In this document: positions 46,695 through 55,732 of the stretch, piece after piece
Layout of the letters: every line of letters begins with the position of its first letter
How positions within the stretch are numbered: the first letter of the stretch is position 1
Assembly (NCBI GenBank): GCA_021818925.1
Contig: JAKASU010000001.1
Coordinates: 188,035-252,034, forward strand
Source: Candidatus Micrarchaeota archaeon
GTDB taxonomy: Archaea; Micrarchaeota; Micrarchaeia; Micrarchaeales; CABMGC01
Length of the DNA: 64,000 nt
Reading direction: 5' to 3'
Translations under genes and position numbers: made by a program
The notes under the pieces: generated by a model
Databases searched by the model: none
What the model saw: the letters and a program-made list of their open reading frames with translations, nothing else
Told to the model about the DNA's origin: nothing

Positions 46695-46963
46695 TCAGTG
46701 ACATTGTTTTGATTTCTGAAGCACGCGATTTAAACGCGGGTGAGTTCGCCGGAAGAATAAGACGGTGGGGAGAAGAGAGCAAGATGCAGGCTATGGAATT
46801 CAGAGCTGCGATTGAGAGAAACAAAAGGAGCATAGCCGACGCAAAAACCTACAACGAAGTGCTCGGTCAAGCTGCACGATTACATAATGAACTTCACACT
46901 ATAGTCACAGGGCTCCCTGAGTATCTCTCTTCCTATGCAAACAATGACATACGTCACGATTGA
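46682..46963 (+). CDS. Hypothetical helical protein in AT-rich island
   Basis: 93-aa ORF overlapping the preceding one. Confidence 0.5.
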   Translation: MDAVISDIVLISEARDLNAGEFAGRIRRWGEESKMQAMEFRAAIERNKRSIADAKTYNEVLGQAARLHNELHTIVTGLPEYLSSYANNDIRHD

Positions 46964-47066
46964 GTTCTTAGGTACTGTTTTTGAAGCCACAAACCGAGCT
47001 TATTATAGTGAAGTTTCTTTTCATATCCTTTCCAGAAGATTTTCCATTCTCTGCCATTCATGAGGG

Positions 47067-47336
47067 CTAGTGTTTTATTAGAGATGCTCGTTTTGAAGTG
47101 AGATACTCTGCTAGCCTATCACCATTGGTAAAGAGCTCTTGCGGATCGTATGTCGTGAGCCTGAAAAGAACTTGGTGCTTCAGATCCTGCGGATCAAGAA
47201 GCGGTTTATTTTCAGCAACGAAATCGTTGACTCTCTGGGCTACAACTGGCCTTATAGATGATAGAAGAGGATCCGTAGGCCAGTTTTGCGACTGGAACTT
47301 AGATTCGGTTTTAATTCTTCCATCACGCAAGAGCAC
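47067..47336 (-). CDS. Hypothetical protein or pseudogene, start uncertain
   Basis: Frame is open about 21 codons beyond the GTG without an ATG; TTTAAATA box near 47420-47427. Confidence 0.35.
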   Translation of the reverse strand: MLLRDGRIKTESKFQSQNWPTDPLLSSIRPVVAQRVNDFVAENKPLLDPQDLKHQVLFRLTTYDPQELFTNGDRLAEYLTSKRASLIKH

Positions 47337-47599
47337 TCTTAGCTCCTCTCTTCGTAATTTCTCCGTTATCCCCGCCCCCGAGCCCTCCCTGGCTCTTATT
47401 TATATTGTGATTTTCTGCCTATTTAAACGAACTTGCAGCTTTGTTTTCATAGCCAAATAACGAAATCAAAGATCATAGAATATCGTTTGCTATTAAACGC
47501 TATAGAAAGGGCTCCTCACTCAAAGCGAGCCGCCCTCCTGGGGCTTTCAACCCTCAAAAGCGTGGTGGGGCTAATTAGTGGTTTTATAGATTTCTTGTA

Positions 47600-47621
47600 T
47601 TAGTTATCATTTGATAACTAA
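47600..47621. promoter_or_regulatory. Inverted repeat, probable operator of the second AbiE locus
   Basis: TTAGTTATCA-TT-TGATAACTAA with imperfect extension to TTTCT/AGAAA. Confidence 0.65.
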
Positions 47622-47657
47622 CAATAGAAATAAATATCTTTGCACCATAACATTATC

Positions 47658-48302
47658 ATGCAGACGAGTGAGTTCCTGAGGTTCCTGGAAGACAATGGCA
47701 TGCACGTATTTAACGTCAACGATGCCGCAAAAATACTACACCAGAAGAGGGGCTACACCAAGCTCTTCCTGCACAGATGCGCCAGCAGAGGTCTGATAGC
47801 CAGAATTGAGAGGGGGCTATACTACCTAAGGGAAAAAACAAACGAGTATGAGATTGCATCGAGCATCTTAAGCCCTTCATATGTCAGCATGGTATCGGCA
47901 CTGTATTACTACGGCTTAACCACCCAGATATCGCACACCATATACGTCATCTCGAGCAAGTGGCATCATAAAATAAATGACGCCATGGGGTATGAGATAT
48001 CATTCAGGACCGCCAGAAAGGATATGCTGTTCGGCTACCACAAGGAGGCTGGCGGAAACATATCAATAGCCGATCCGGAAAAAGCCATAGTTGACATATA
48101 CTATTTTAATGATATAAACGACCTGGATGAGAAGGCGCTCGATAGACCAAGCAGGATAGACGTGGCCAAGCTGGTCAGATACGCAGGAATGAGCGGCAGA
48201 GATACCGTAAAGTCAAGGGTGGCAACCCTACTGGCTGAACACGGATACAAAAGGGAAGCTACAAGACTGCTTGGGATGCAAGAAAAGAGGCGGGCTAAAT
48301 GA
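47658..48302 (+). CDS. AbiEi-like antitoxin
   Basis: VFNV.DA wHTH, RIERGLY, PSYVS..SAL.YYGL..Q and ADPEKA.VD. Confidence 0.9.
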   Translation: MQTSEFLRFLEDNGMHVFNVNDAAKILHQKRGYTKLFLHRCASRGLIARIERGLYYLREKTNEYEIASSILSPSYVSMVSALYYYGLTTQISHTIYVISSKWHHKINDAMGYEISFRTARKDMLFGYHKEAGGNISIADPEKAIVDIYYFNDINDLDEKALDRPSRIDVAKLVRYAGMSGRDTVKSRVATLLAEHGYKREATRLLGMQEKRRAK

Positions 48303-49075
48303 TAGACAAAGAATCACTGTTTGCACGGGGCGGCTATGAGCAGCCGTACCAGAATGAGAAGGACTACATCGAAGAAATGTTCCTGTCTGGGATATTCAAC
48401 AGCCTCGACTCTGTTGTATTCAGAGGCGGCACATCCATTTCAAAGTTCTATGGCTCTGTGAGATTTTCAGATGATCTGGACTTTTCTTTCGTACAGGATA
48501 AAGCGCAACAAAATGTAGCTGGTGTACTAGAAAAAGTTATCAAGAGCCTTTCGGAGTGGTATCCGATAAAAATAATGAGAAGAACGAACTCCGCTGGAAT
48601 GCTTACATATGAACTCAGCATAAGGGGTCCGCTATTCGAAACGCTCAACAAGTACCAACATCTGAAGATAGAGATAGACAAGAAGGCTTCTGTAGTGGAA
48701 ACTATAGGTAGATTTAGAAGAAATCCGAAGTATGATGATTTGAGGCCTTACTTGGCGCTTGTCATGAGCGAGAAAGAGATATTAGCTGAGAAGGTTGTTG
48801 CACTGCTGTTCAGGCGCAACCTCAAAGCTAGGGATTTGTATGATATCTATTATCTGGTAAATAAGAATGTTGAGATCAAGGTGGGCTTGATTGATAGGAA
48901 GATGAAAGAGTACGGCCACACCTTCAGTTCCGAAAGGCTGCACAAGAGGCTGATGGGCATATCAAAAATATGGGAGAAGGAACTGCGAAGGCTTCTGCCG
49001 AGCAAAGGTTTTGTTGATTATGAGATTGCGAAAGACGCCGTTGTCGCCAGCTTCACTAAAGCAGCTCTCATATGA
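48299..49075 (+). CDS. AbiEii-like nucleotidyltransferase toxin
   Basis: EKDY, FRGGT, RFSDDLDF and EILAEK..AL..R...RDLYD. Confidence 0.92.
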   Translation: MIDKESLFARGGYEQPYQNEKDYIEEMFLSGIFNSLDSVVFRGGTSISKFYGSVRFSDDLDFSFVQDKAQQNVAGVLEKVIKSLSEWYPIKIMRRTNSAGMLTYELSIRGPLFETLNKYQHLKIEIDKKASVVETIGRFRRNPKYDDLRPYLALVMSEKEILAEKVVALLFRRNLKARDLYDIYYLVNKNVEIKVGLIDRKMKEYGHTFSSERLHKRLMGISKIWEKELRRLLPSKGFVDYEIAKDAVVASFTKAALI

Positions 49076-49153
49076 CTGCCTTAAAGATTATGTTGGCGAG
49101 AATATGGCAAACTGAATAAGCCACAACCAAAAAAGAGTTATCCTACCTGGAGC

Positions 49154-50593
49154 TCAGACCGGATTGGGAGGGAATCTCGCCTTCGCCTCGGCTATCTCCC
49201 TGGTTACAGACTCTCTCCACGCCTTGAACTCGCCAATGCTCTTCGGATACTTCTTGTACATCTCGATGAGCTTCTTCATCTTGCTGTGCGCGAAGATCAG
49301 GTTCTTGAAGGCGCTGATGTTGCCGAGGCCGCTCAGCACCTTGCTGAACGTGCTTGCGAGCGTTATCTCGGGCACGAGCCCGTAGGCCATAGCTGTCGTC
49401 TCCTCCTTGGTCAGGAAGTGCGCCATTCCGTAGTCGATCTGCTCGTTGTTCAGGCTCTGCAGGAATATCCTGAAGACCTCAAGGCCGGCGGTCTTGTTGC
49501 CGTAGGCGTCGTTGAACCTCTGGTTGTATCTCCAGAGGAACTCCATACTTGTGTCTTTGGCAGCTATCGCCTCGGCCGCGGTCTTGCCGGCGAGTATACC
49601 GGCCACCATCGCCGGGCCTATGCCCCCGGCGCTTATCGGGTTGGGCATTGTCATTGTGTCTCCGGCTCCCATATAGTTCTTGTAAACAAGGCTGTCGAAC
49701 TGCCTCCTGACAGCGACAGACCAGTAGCCCTTGCCGTTGTGGTCGGTCTCGTCGACATTCATGTTTTTGAGTATCGGATTCCACGCAACGTACTCGTCTA
49801 TTAGCTTGTGAAGCGTGTCGGCCTTTCCCATCTTCTTGTTCCTCATGTCCAGGCTCTTCTTCTCCACGCCGATGCCTATGTTTATCTTGCCGTCGCTCTT
49901 CGGGAAGACCCAGCCGTAGCCTCCGGGAGCGAGCTGCTGGTTGAGGTGTATTATCGCGTTCTTCGGGTCGTAGAAGTTGAGGTCTTCGCCAGTGTGGTCG
50001 AATCTCGCTATGTACCTGCCAGTCGACTCTATGTCGTCAATGCTCACGTCCTTCTCTATGAACTCGTTAGGCGGCAGCCTCCTTCGCAGCGTGCTCGCCA
50101 TCCCGAGGCAGTCGATTATCACCCTTGCGCGGATCTCGAAGTGCTGCGTGTTCTTGTCCTTGCCGAACACACCCACCAGCTCGCCGTTCTCTATTACTGG
50201 ACCCTCGACCTCGTGCTTGGGCCTGTAGTCAGCTCCGGCCTTTACCGCCTCGTTGGTCATCCTCCTAGCGTACTTCGGCCTGTCGAGCGTGTAGCCCTCG
50301 CCGTCGAAGAGGAACTTGTTCTTCATGTTGGGGCTAAGAACGTATACGCCGTCTACTTTGTGGTCGATCTCAGGAGCCGACAGTTTTATGCCCGCCTCCT
50401 TTTCTATAAAATCTATGTGCGCCTTTGCGCACGCATCGCCACAGACCCAGCCCCAGTTGGTCTTCTTGCCGGCTTCCTGCGCATCGTTCCTATCAAGCAA
50501 AATAGTCTTCGCGCCGCCCTTCGCGGCCATTATGGCGGCGAGCTCGCCGGCCATTCCTGCCCCAGCAACTATGACGTCGAACTGCTCGCTCAT
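49154..50593 (-). CDS. Geranylgeranyl reductase family FAD oxidoreductase
   Basis: GAG.AG, CGDA, PGGYGWVFP, N.GIG and GD...NP...GGI. Confidence 0.9.
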   Translation of the reverse strand: MSEQFDVIVAGAGMAGELAAIMAAKGGAKTILLDRNDAQEAGKKTNWGWVCGDACAKAHIDFIEKEAGIKLSAPEIDHKVDGVYVLSPNMKNKFLFDGEGYTLDRPKYARRMTNEAVKAGADYRPKHEVEGPVIENGELVGVFGKDKNTQHFEIRARVIIDCLGMASTLRRRLPPNEFIEKDVSIDDIESTGRYIARFDHTGEDLNFYDPKNAIIHLNQQLAPGGYGWVFPKSDGKINIGIGVEKKSLDMRNKKMGKADTLHKLIDEYVAWNPILKNMNVDETDHNGKGYWSVAVRRQFDSLVYKNYMGAGDTMTMPNPISAGGIGPAMVAGILAGKTAAEAIAAKDTSMEFLWRYNQRFNDAYGNKTAGLEVFRIFLQSLNNEQIDYGMAHFLTKEETTAMAYGLVPEITLASTFSKVLSGLGNISAFKNLIFAHSKMKKLIEMYKKYPKSIGEFKAWRESVTREIAEAKARFPPNPV

Positions 50594-50775
50594 TACTTCT
50601 GCACCTTGCCTCTCATCACTACTATAGGTATGGCGTCGTTCTGGAATTCCAGTTCTGCGAGTGCAAGCGGATCAGTGACACTTTCTGGGACCTTGATAAG
50701 GGGCGGCGCCCCGTAGGCGAGCTGCAGCGCCCTCGCGCCTATGATTCTCGCCTTTTCAAATTTCGTGTATTCCAT
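50593..50775 (-). CDS. rpoK: RNA polymerase subunit Rpo6 (K)
   Basis: TKFEKARIIGARALQL..GAP signature. Confidence 0.96.
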   Translation of the reverse strand: MEYTKFEKARIIGARALQLAYGAPPLIKVPESVTDPLALAELEFQNDAIPIVVMRGKVQK

Positions 50776-50868
50776 CGGATCAGCTAACCTCTCTGGTTGC
50801 CTTATAAAGAGCTCATAAGCTATTTGCTGGCAAGGTTTATATTGTTTGCTAAGCGCAAAACGCCTGTT

Positions 50869-51582
50869 TCAGCGGATGGGCTCGTAGTACTCCTTCGGCT
50901 TCCGGAGAAAGTGGTATCGCGCCATGTTGCCGACGTGATAGCGGAAGAAGCCCAGTATGCCCCAGGCCCGTATCCTCCTCGCGCTTGTGTACGCGAGTGC
51001 CTTGTCAAGAAAGACTATGCGGCCCTCTCTCTTAAGCCTGAGCGAAAGGTCCCAGTCCTCGTATGTGGCGTATCTCTCGTCGAATCCGCCTATGCGTGTG
51101 AACGCGTCCCTCCACACTGCGAAATTCAGTCCCACGATAGAAGGCCTCCCGAAAAGAATTGAGGACTTTACGAATAAGACAGAGACGAACTTGAACCCGA
51201 GCTTGACTCTCTTGCTAGACTTCTCCAGCGGCTCTATGGGCCCTGTTGCAGCAACTATCTTCTTTCTTGCGAATGCGTCATGGTACGTGCGCAGCAGGTT
51301 GCGGCTCGGTTTCGTATCCGCATCTAGGAATACGAGTAAGCCGCCGATTGCGGCAGCTGCGCCCCTGTTCCTGCCGACTCCGATGCCTTTCTCCTTTACA
51401 ACGACCACCTTCGCACCGTAGGACTCGGCTATCTCCTTTGTCGAGTCGCTGCCGGGCCTGAGCGCGACTATGGTCTCGAAGTTCTTGAACGTCTGGTCTC
51501 GCAGGCCATCAAGCACGTTGCGTATGTACTTCTCCTCATTGTAAGCCGGCACTATAACGCTTATTTCTACCCTTCTCTGCAT
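50869..51582 (-). CDS. GT2 glycosyltransferase
   Basis: SVIVPAYNEE, RN.GA, FLDAD, GGFDE, ED.D and TSARR. Confidence 0.92.
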   Translation of the reverse strand: MQRRVEISVIVPAYNEEKYIRNVLDGLRDQTFKNFETIVALRPGSDSTKEIAESYGAKVVVVKEKGIGVGRNRGAAAAIGGLLVFLDADTKPSRNLLRTYHDAFARKKIVAATGPIEPLEKSSKRVKLGFKFVSVLFVKSSILFGRPSIVGLNFAVWRDAFTRIGGFDERYATYEDWDLSLRLKREGRIVFLDKALAYTSARRIRAWGILGFFRYHVGNMARYHFLRKPKEYYEPIR

Positions 51583-51619
51583 GCTTTTATTCCGAGTCCA
51601 AGGCATAAAAAGGCATTTG

Positions 51620-51708
51620 TGGTGCAGGGGGAGAGATTTGAACTCTCGCAACCACAAAGGTAACGGGTCCTAAGCCCGCCGCATTTGGCCAAGCTCTGCC
51701 ACCCCTGC
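51620..51708 (-). tRNA. tRNA-Leu(TAG), CCA encoded
   Basis: Minus strand GCAGGGG...GCGGG-CTTAGGA-CCCGT, long variable arm, GAGAG-TTCAAAT-CTCTC, CCCCTGC-A-CCA. Confidence 0.95.
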
Positions 51709-51764
51709 ACGATAGCATATACACACCCTTTATATTTATTTGATACCCACGGTAGCGTGAGCAC

Positions 51765-53066
51765 ATGCTTACGGCGAAATACGTCAGGGACAACCTTGAT
51801 GCTATAAGGAAATCGCTCCAGAAGAGGGGCAGCAAATACCCGCTTAATGAGCTTCTGCAGCTCGATGAGAAACTCGGGAAAGTGAACAGAGAGCTCCAGG
51901 AACTCAGGGCTGAGAGGAACAAGGGCAGCCAGCAGATCAACATGCTGAAAAAAACCGGCAAGGAGCCTGACAAGGCGCTGACAGACAGCATGAGTGGGAT
52001 CAAGAAGAAGATTGAGGGCATTGAGAAAGACACACCTGTCCAAGAAGCGCGTATGCAGACACTTTTGTGGAGCATGCCAAACATACTGGACGAGTCTGTG
52101 CCTGTTGGAGAGCCCCCCGATGGCAACAAGGTAATCAAGAAGTGGGGAAATCCTGCACCAAAGAATATTCCAACCCACGAGGAGATACTGGGAAAGCTGA
52201 ACATGCTTGATGTTGAAAGGGCGGGAAAAACGACAGGGGCAAGGTTCTACTTCATGAAAGGGGACCTCGTCCTTCTGGAGATGTCGCTGCTAAGGTATGT
52301 GATGGATCTCTTGACGAAACGCGGCTACACCCCCGTGCTGCCTCCGTTCATGCTCAAGAAAAAGTACTACAGAGGTGCGGCACCGCTTGCAACATTCGAA
52401 GACGCTCTGTACAGGGTCGGAGAGACAGAGGAGGCCTCAAAACTAAAGGACGTTGAGCATGTTGAAGACGAACTTTTCCTGATAGGCACAGCGGAGCATG
52501 CTCTAGCGACGATGCACGCCGAGGAGGTGTTTTCAGCCAACGATCTGCCATTCAAATACGCGGGCATAAGCCCATGCTTCAGGAGAGAGGCCGGGGCTCA
52601 TGGAAAGGATACGAAGGGCATTTTCCGAGTACATCAGTTCGACAAGATTGAACAATTTATCTACTGCAAAAAAGAGGACGAACAAAAATACTTTGACGAG
52701 TTGCTGGGCAACACGGAGAAGATATGGCAAGAACTCAATGTTCCGTACCGGCTAGTCATGCTTTGTAGCGGAGACACAGGTCACCAGATGACAAAAACTG
52801 TTGATATAGAATGTTACATGCCAGGCCAAAAAGCCTATAGGGAGCTGGGCTCTTGTTCAAGCGCTGGGATTTGGCAGAGCATGAGGCTTGACATAAGGTA
52901 CGATGAGAAGCAGGAGCGAAAGTATGTCTACACGCTTAACAACACTGCAGTGCCAGCCCAGAGGGCGCTTGTTTGTATAGTTGAGAACTACACTAATCCA
53001 GATGGCTCAATAACTGTTCCTGACGTCCTTGTCCCCTACATGGGCAAGAAGGTAATCGGCCGGTAG
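51765..53066 (+). CDS. serS: Serine--tRNA ligase (type 1)
   Basis: N-terminal coiled coil, GARF, TAE, CFRREAG, FRVHQF.K.EQ, EL.SCS and TLN.T. Confidence 0.97.
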   Translation: MLTAKYVRDNLDAIRKSLQKRGSKYPLNELLQLDEKLGKVNRELQELRAERNKGSQQINMLKKTGKEPDKALTDSMSGIKKKIEGIEKDTPVQEARMQTLLWSMPNILDESVPVGEPPDGNKVIKKWGNPAPKNIPTHEEILGKLNMLDVERAGKTTGARFYFMKGDLVLLEMSLLRYVMDLLTKRGYTPVLPPFMLKKKYYRGAAPLATFEDALYRVGETEEASKLKDVEHVEDELFLIGTAEHALATMHAEEVFSANDLPFKYAGISPCFRREAGAHGKDTKGIFRVHQFDKIEQFIYCKKEDEQKYFDELLGNTEKIWQELNVPYRLVMLCSGDTGHQMTKTVDIECYMPGQKAYRELGSCSSAGIWQSMRLDIRYDEKQERKYVYTLNNTAVPAQRALVCIVENYTNPDGSITVPDVLVPYMGKKVIGR

Positions 53067-53122
53067 CACAGGGCGCCTTTACGCCAAAGGTTAAATGAAC
53101 CAAGAGCATAATCTAGGATCAT

Positions 53123-54316
53123 ATGAAGCAGGAATATTCGTTGCTTAGGGAGATAAAGAGGCTGAAGTCGATCAGGGGCAGTGGAACCCAGCTTGTCAGC
53201 GTCTACATACCCGCGGGCTACAACATCAGTGAAGAGGTCTCGAGGCTGCGCAACGAGTACAGCACGAGCAGCAACATAAAGTCGAAGCAGACCAGGACGA
53301 ACGTGCTAGGCGCGATAGACAAGATATTGCAGTACCTGAAGCTCTACCGCGAGACGCCGAAGAACGGCCTAGTGGTGTTCGCCGGCAACATAGCCGGGGA
53401 CCAAAGCAAGAGCGACATACAGCTCTTCTCTATGGAGCCGCCGGAACCGCTGAAGGTGAACATCTACAGGTGCGACTCCACCTTCGTGCTGGATCCGATA
53501 GAGGCCATGGTAGAGAAGAGGGACACGTACGTGATGGTGGTGATGGATGGGAGGGAGGCGACGGTCGCCACGCTGAAGGGCACGCACATACAAGTGGTGA
53601 AGAAGGTGCACTCGATGGCCCACGCGAAGATAAAGAAAGGAGGACAGTCGGCCAACAGGTACAAGCGTGCGATAGAGGAGAGCATTGACGACTACTACAA
53701 GCAGGTCAGCGACGTGATAAACGACATCTTCCTGAGGGGCGAGTTCAAGGAGAAGGGGCTCATCGTGGGAGGGCCAGGTCCCGCAAAGGAGAACTTCGTA
53801 AAGACCAAGGCGCTCAACTACCAGGTCAAGATACTTGGCACGTACGACACCGGATACACGGATGAGACGGGGCTCAACGAGTTGGTGGAGAAGGCCAGCG
53901 ACCTGCTCAAGGAGCAGGAGGCGGCAAAGGAGAGGAGGGTGCTGGAGAGGTTCATGAAAGAGGTGGCGGTAGGGGGCCTTGCGGTCTACGGCTACGACAA
54001 GACAAGGGCTGCGTTGGAGAAGAAGCAGGCGAACACGCTGATACTCAACGATGCTTTGGAGATGTACGTGGTGAAGTACAAGTGCAGCGTGTGCGGCTCG
54101 GTCCTCGAGAAGGTGGAGACAGGCAGCGAGAGGCAGACGAAGCACAACGACGGCGGGACGTTCGGCATAGTGGAGGAGAAGGACGCGATAGAGGAGCTGA
54201 TAGACATGGCCGACGCCAACGGCGTTGAGACGGTCTTCGTGTCTATGGAGAGCTCACTGGGCAAGGAATTCATGATGGGATTCAGGGGCGTTGGTGCATT
54301 GCTGAGGTACAAGTGA
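53123..54316 (+). CDS. prf1: Peptide chain release factor aRF1
   Basis: GT.LVS.YIP, NIKS, YRCD..F, GGQS and GALLRY. Confidence 0.97.
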   Translation: MKQEYSLLREIKRLKSIRGSGTQLVSVYIPAGYNISEEVSRLRNEYSTSSNIKSKQTRTNVLGAIDKILQYLKLYRETPKNGLVVFAGNIAGDQSKSDIQLFSMEPPEPLKVNIYRCDSTFVLDPIEAMVEKRDTYVMVVMDGREATVATLKGTHIQVVKKVHSMAHAKIKKGGQSANRYKRAIEESIDDYYKQVSDVINDIFLRGEFKEKGLIVGGPGPAKENFVKTKALNYQVKILGTYDTGYTDETGLNELVEKASDLLKEQEAAKERRVLERFMKEVAVGGLAVYGYDKTRAALEKKQANTLILNDALEMYVVKYKCSVCGSVLEKVETGSERQTKHNDGGTFGIVEEKDAIEELIDMADANGVETVFVSMESSLGKEFMMGFRGVGALLRYK

Positions 54317-54399
54317 CCGCCACTACTCGCGCTTTCGCGGATGGTTTTTAAACCTAATTTTGGAATAGGTACTACGCATTTTTCTGAACAGGTGTTTTG

Positions 54400-54681
54400 A
54401 TGGGGGAGAGGGCATTCAGCCTGTACGATATAGAGCAGTTCATAAGGGAGGCGGGAGCCGAACGCGTCACCGAAGACGCGGTGCTCGACCTTGAGAGAAG
54501 GCTTGAGAGGCTGACCGAGACGCTGGCAAACAAGGCAAGCAGGTACGCGGCTCACGCGGGAAGGAAGAGGCTCATAACAAAGCAGGACGTGCTGCTGACA
54601 AAAAGGCGAGTCTACAGGAATCCTGCGAGCTTCAGGCCGAAAGCCAGGACCACGAAGAGCGCCTCGATAAGCGACATGTAG
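54400..54681 (+). CDS. Histone-fold protein with basic C-terminal tail
   Basis: IREAGAERV.EDA and A.HAGRK..I...DV, then about 26 extra residues. Confidence 0.85.
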   Translation: MGERAFSLYDIEQFIREAGAERVTEDAVLDLERRLERLTETLANKASRYAAHAGRKRLITKQDVLLTKRRVYRNPASFRPKARTTKSASISDM

Positions 54682-55652
54682 AGGGCAATCTCTTTCTCGT
54701 TCATCCTCTTGATGTTCATCAGGAAATGGGTCCAGCTGTAGATTCTCTTGCCGTACGGAGCCTTGAAGGTCCCGTCCCTCTGCCTCGTCCCGACGTCTGT
54801 CACGTTGAACTTCCTCCTCAGGTGCATGAAGAACTCGAGTATCCAAGGGAAGAAGACTATTATCCCGAACGCTTCGGAGTTGCCCATAGCCATTATCGCC
54901 ACGAAGATCGCGCCTATCGCGTAGGTGAAGCTGTCTCCGGGTATTATCTTCGCCCTATACGCGTTGAATGGGAGGAATGCGAGCAGCGATGCGAAGAGTA
55001 TCGATGAAAGAAGGGCGCCTATGTAGTTGCCGAAGAGCACCGAGTAGGCCAGGAATCCTATGCTCGCCACGATCGCGGTTCCGGGCTGGAGGCCGTCATA
55101 ACCTCCGAGAAGATTGAACGCGTTTGATACGAACACTATAGCAAGCGGCAGGATTATGAGAGGGTAAATTATCCCGAAGTCTACGGGGCCGAAGAAAGGC
55201 ACATTGACAATGCTAACTCCGGCGCTTATGGCCATGAGGGGAAGTGCGCCGATCACGGTGAGCAACGGCTTCTGCCACTTCTCAAGCCCCTTCTTCCTGT
55301 CCATGAGGTCCGTCGTCATAACCTCGCGGCCCTTGATGTGGATGTCGTCGATGAAGCCGACAAGGGTTATCAGGAGTATAGAGAGGCCTACGGCGAAGAG
55401 GCTTGAGGTGTCAATGACAGGCGTGAACACGAACGTGCCTCCGAAGGTGTACACAAGTATGCCGACTATTATGCCGAAGGCCACTGCGACGCCGCCGCTT
55501 GTGGGCAGGCGTACCGGTCTCTCCTTGTTCTTGTCGTCGATGGTTATGCCAGAGGATGAAAGGTAGCTTATCAGGAACTTTGTGGCTATAATAGTGATTA
55601 CAAATGACACCAGCGCGGGCACTATCAGAGTCTGGAACGTATGGTATGCCAT
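54612..55652 (-). CDS. MraY/GPT-family HexNAc-1-phosphate transferase (AglH-like)
   Basis: P.SGG, GFIDD, NAFN...G.DGL, FN...A.I.PGD; multi-TM. Confidence 0.88.
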   Translation of the reverse strand: MAYHTFQTLIVPALVSFVITIIATKFLISYLSSSGITIDDKNKERPVRLPTSGGVAVAFGIIVGILVYTFGGTFVFTPVIDTSSLFAVGLSILLITLVGFIDDIHIKGREVMTTDLMDRKKGLEKWQKPLLTVIGALPLMAISAGVSIVNVPFFGPVDFGIIYPLIILPLAIVFVSNAFNLLGGYDGLQPGTAIVASIGFLAYSVLFGNYIGALLSSILFASLLAFLPFNAYRAKIIPGDSFTYAIGAIFVAIMAMGNSEAFGIIVFFPWILEFFMHLRRKFNVTDVGTRQRDGTFKAPYGKRIYSWTHFLMNIKRMNEKEIALYMSLIEALFVVLAFGLKLAGFL

Positions 55653-55732
55653 GGTGAGAGTTTGCTGCGTAGCAATAAAAATGTTGTGTAGTGTCGGGAC
55701 AGGATTATAATCCTTTGATGCCGATTCTGCGC

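Noticed and set aside
47527-47553. Resemblance to a tRNA T-arm or IS200/IS605 end on the minus strand
   Set aside because: No cloverleaf, matching tRNA or tnpA/tnpB nearby; kept only as part of the three-copy motif.
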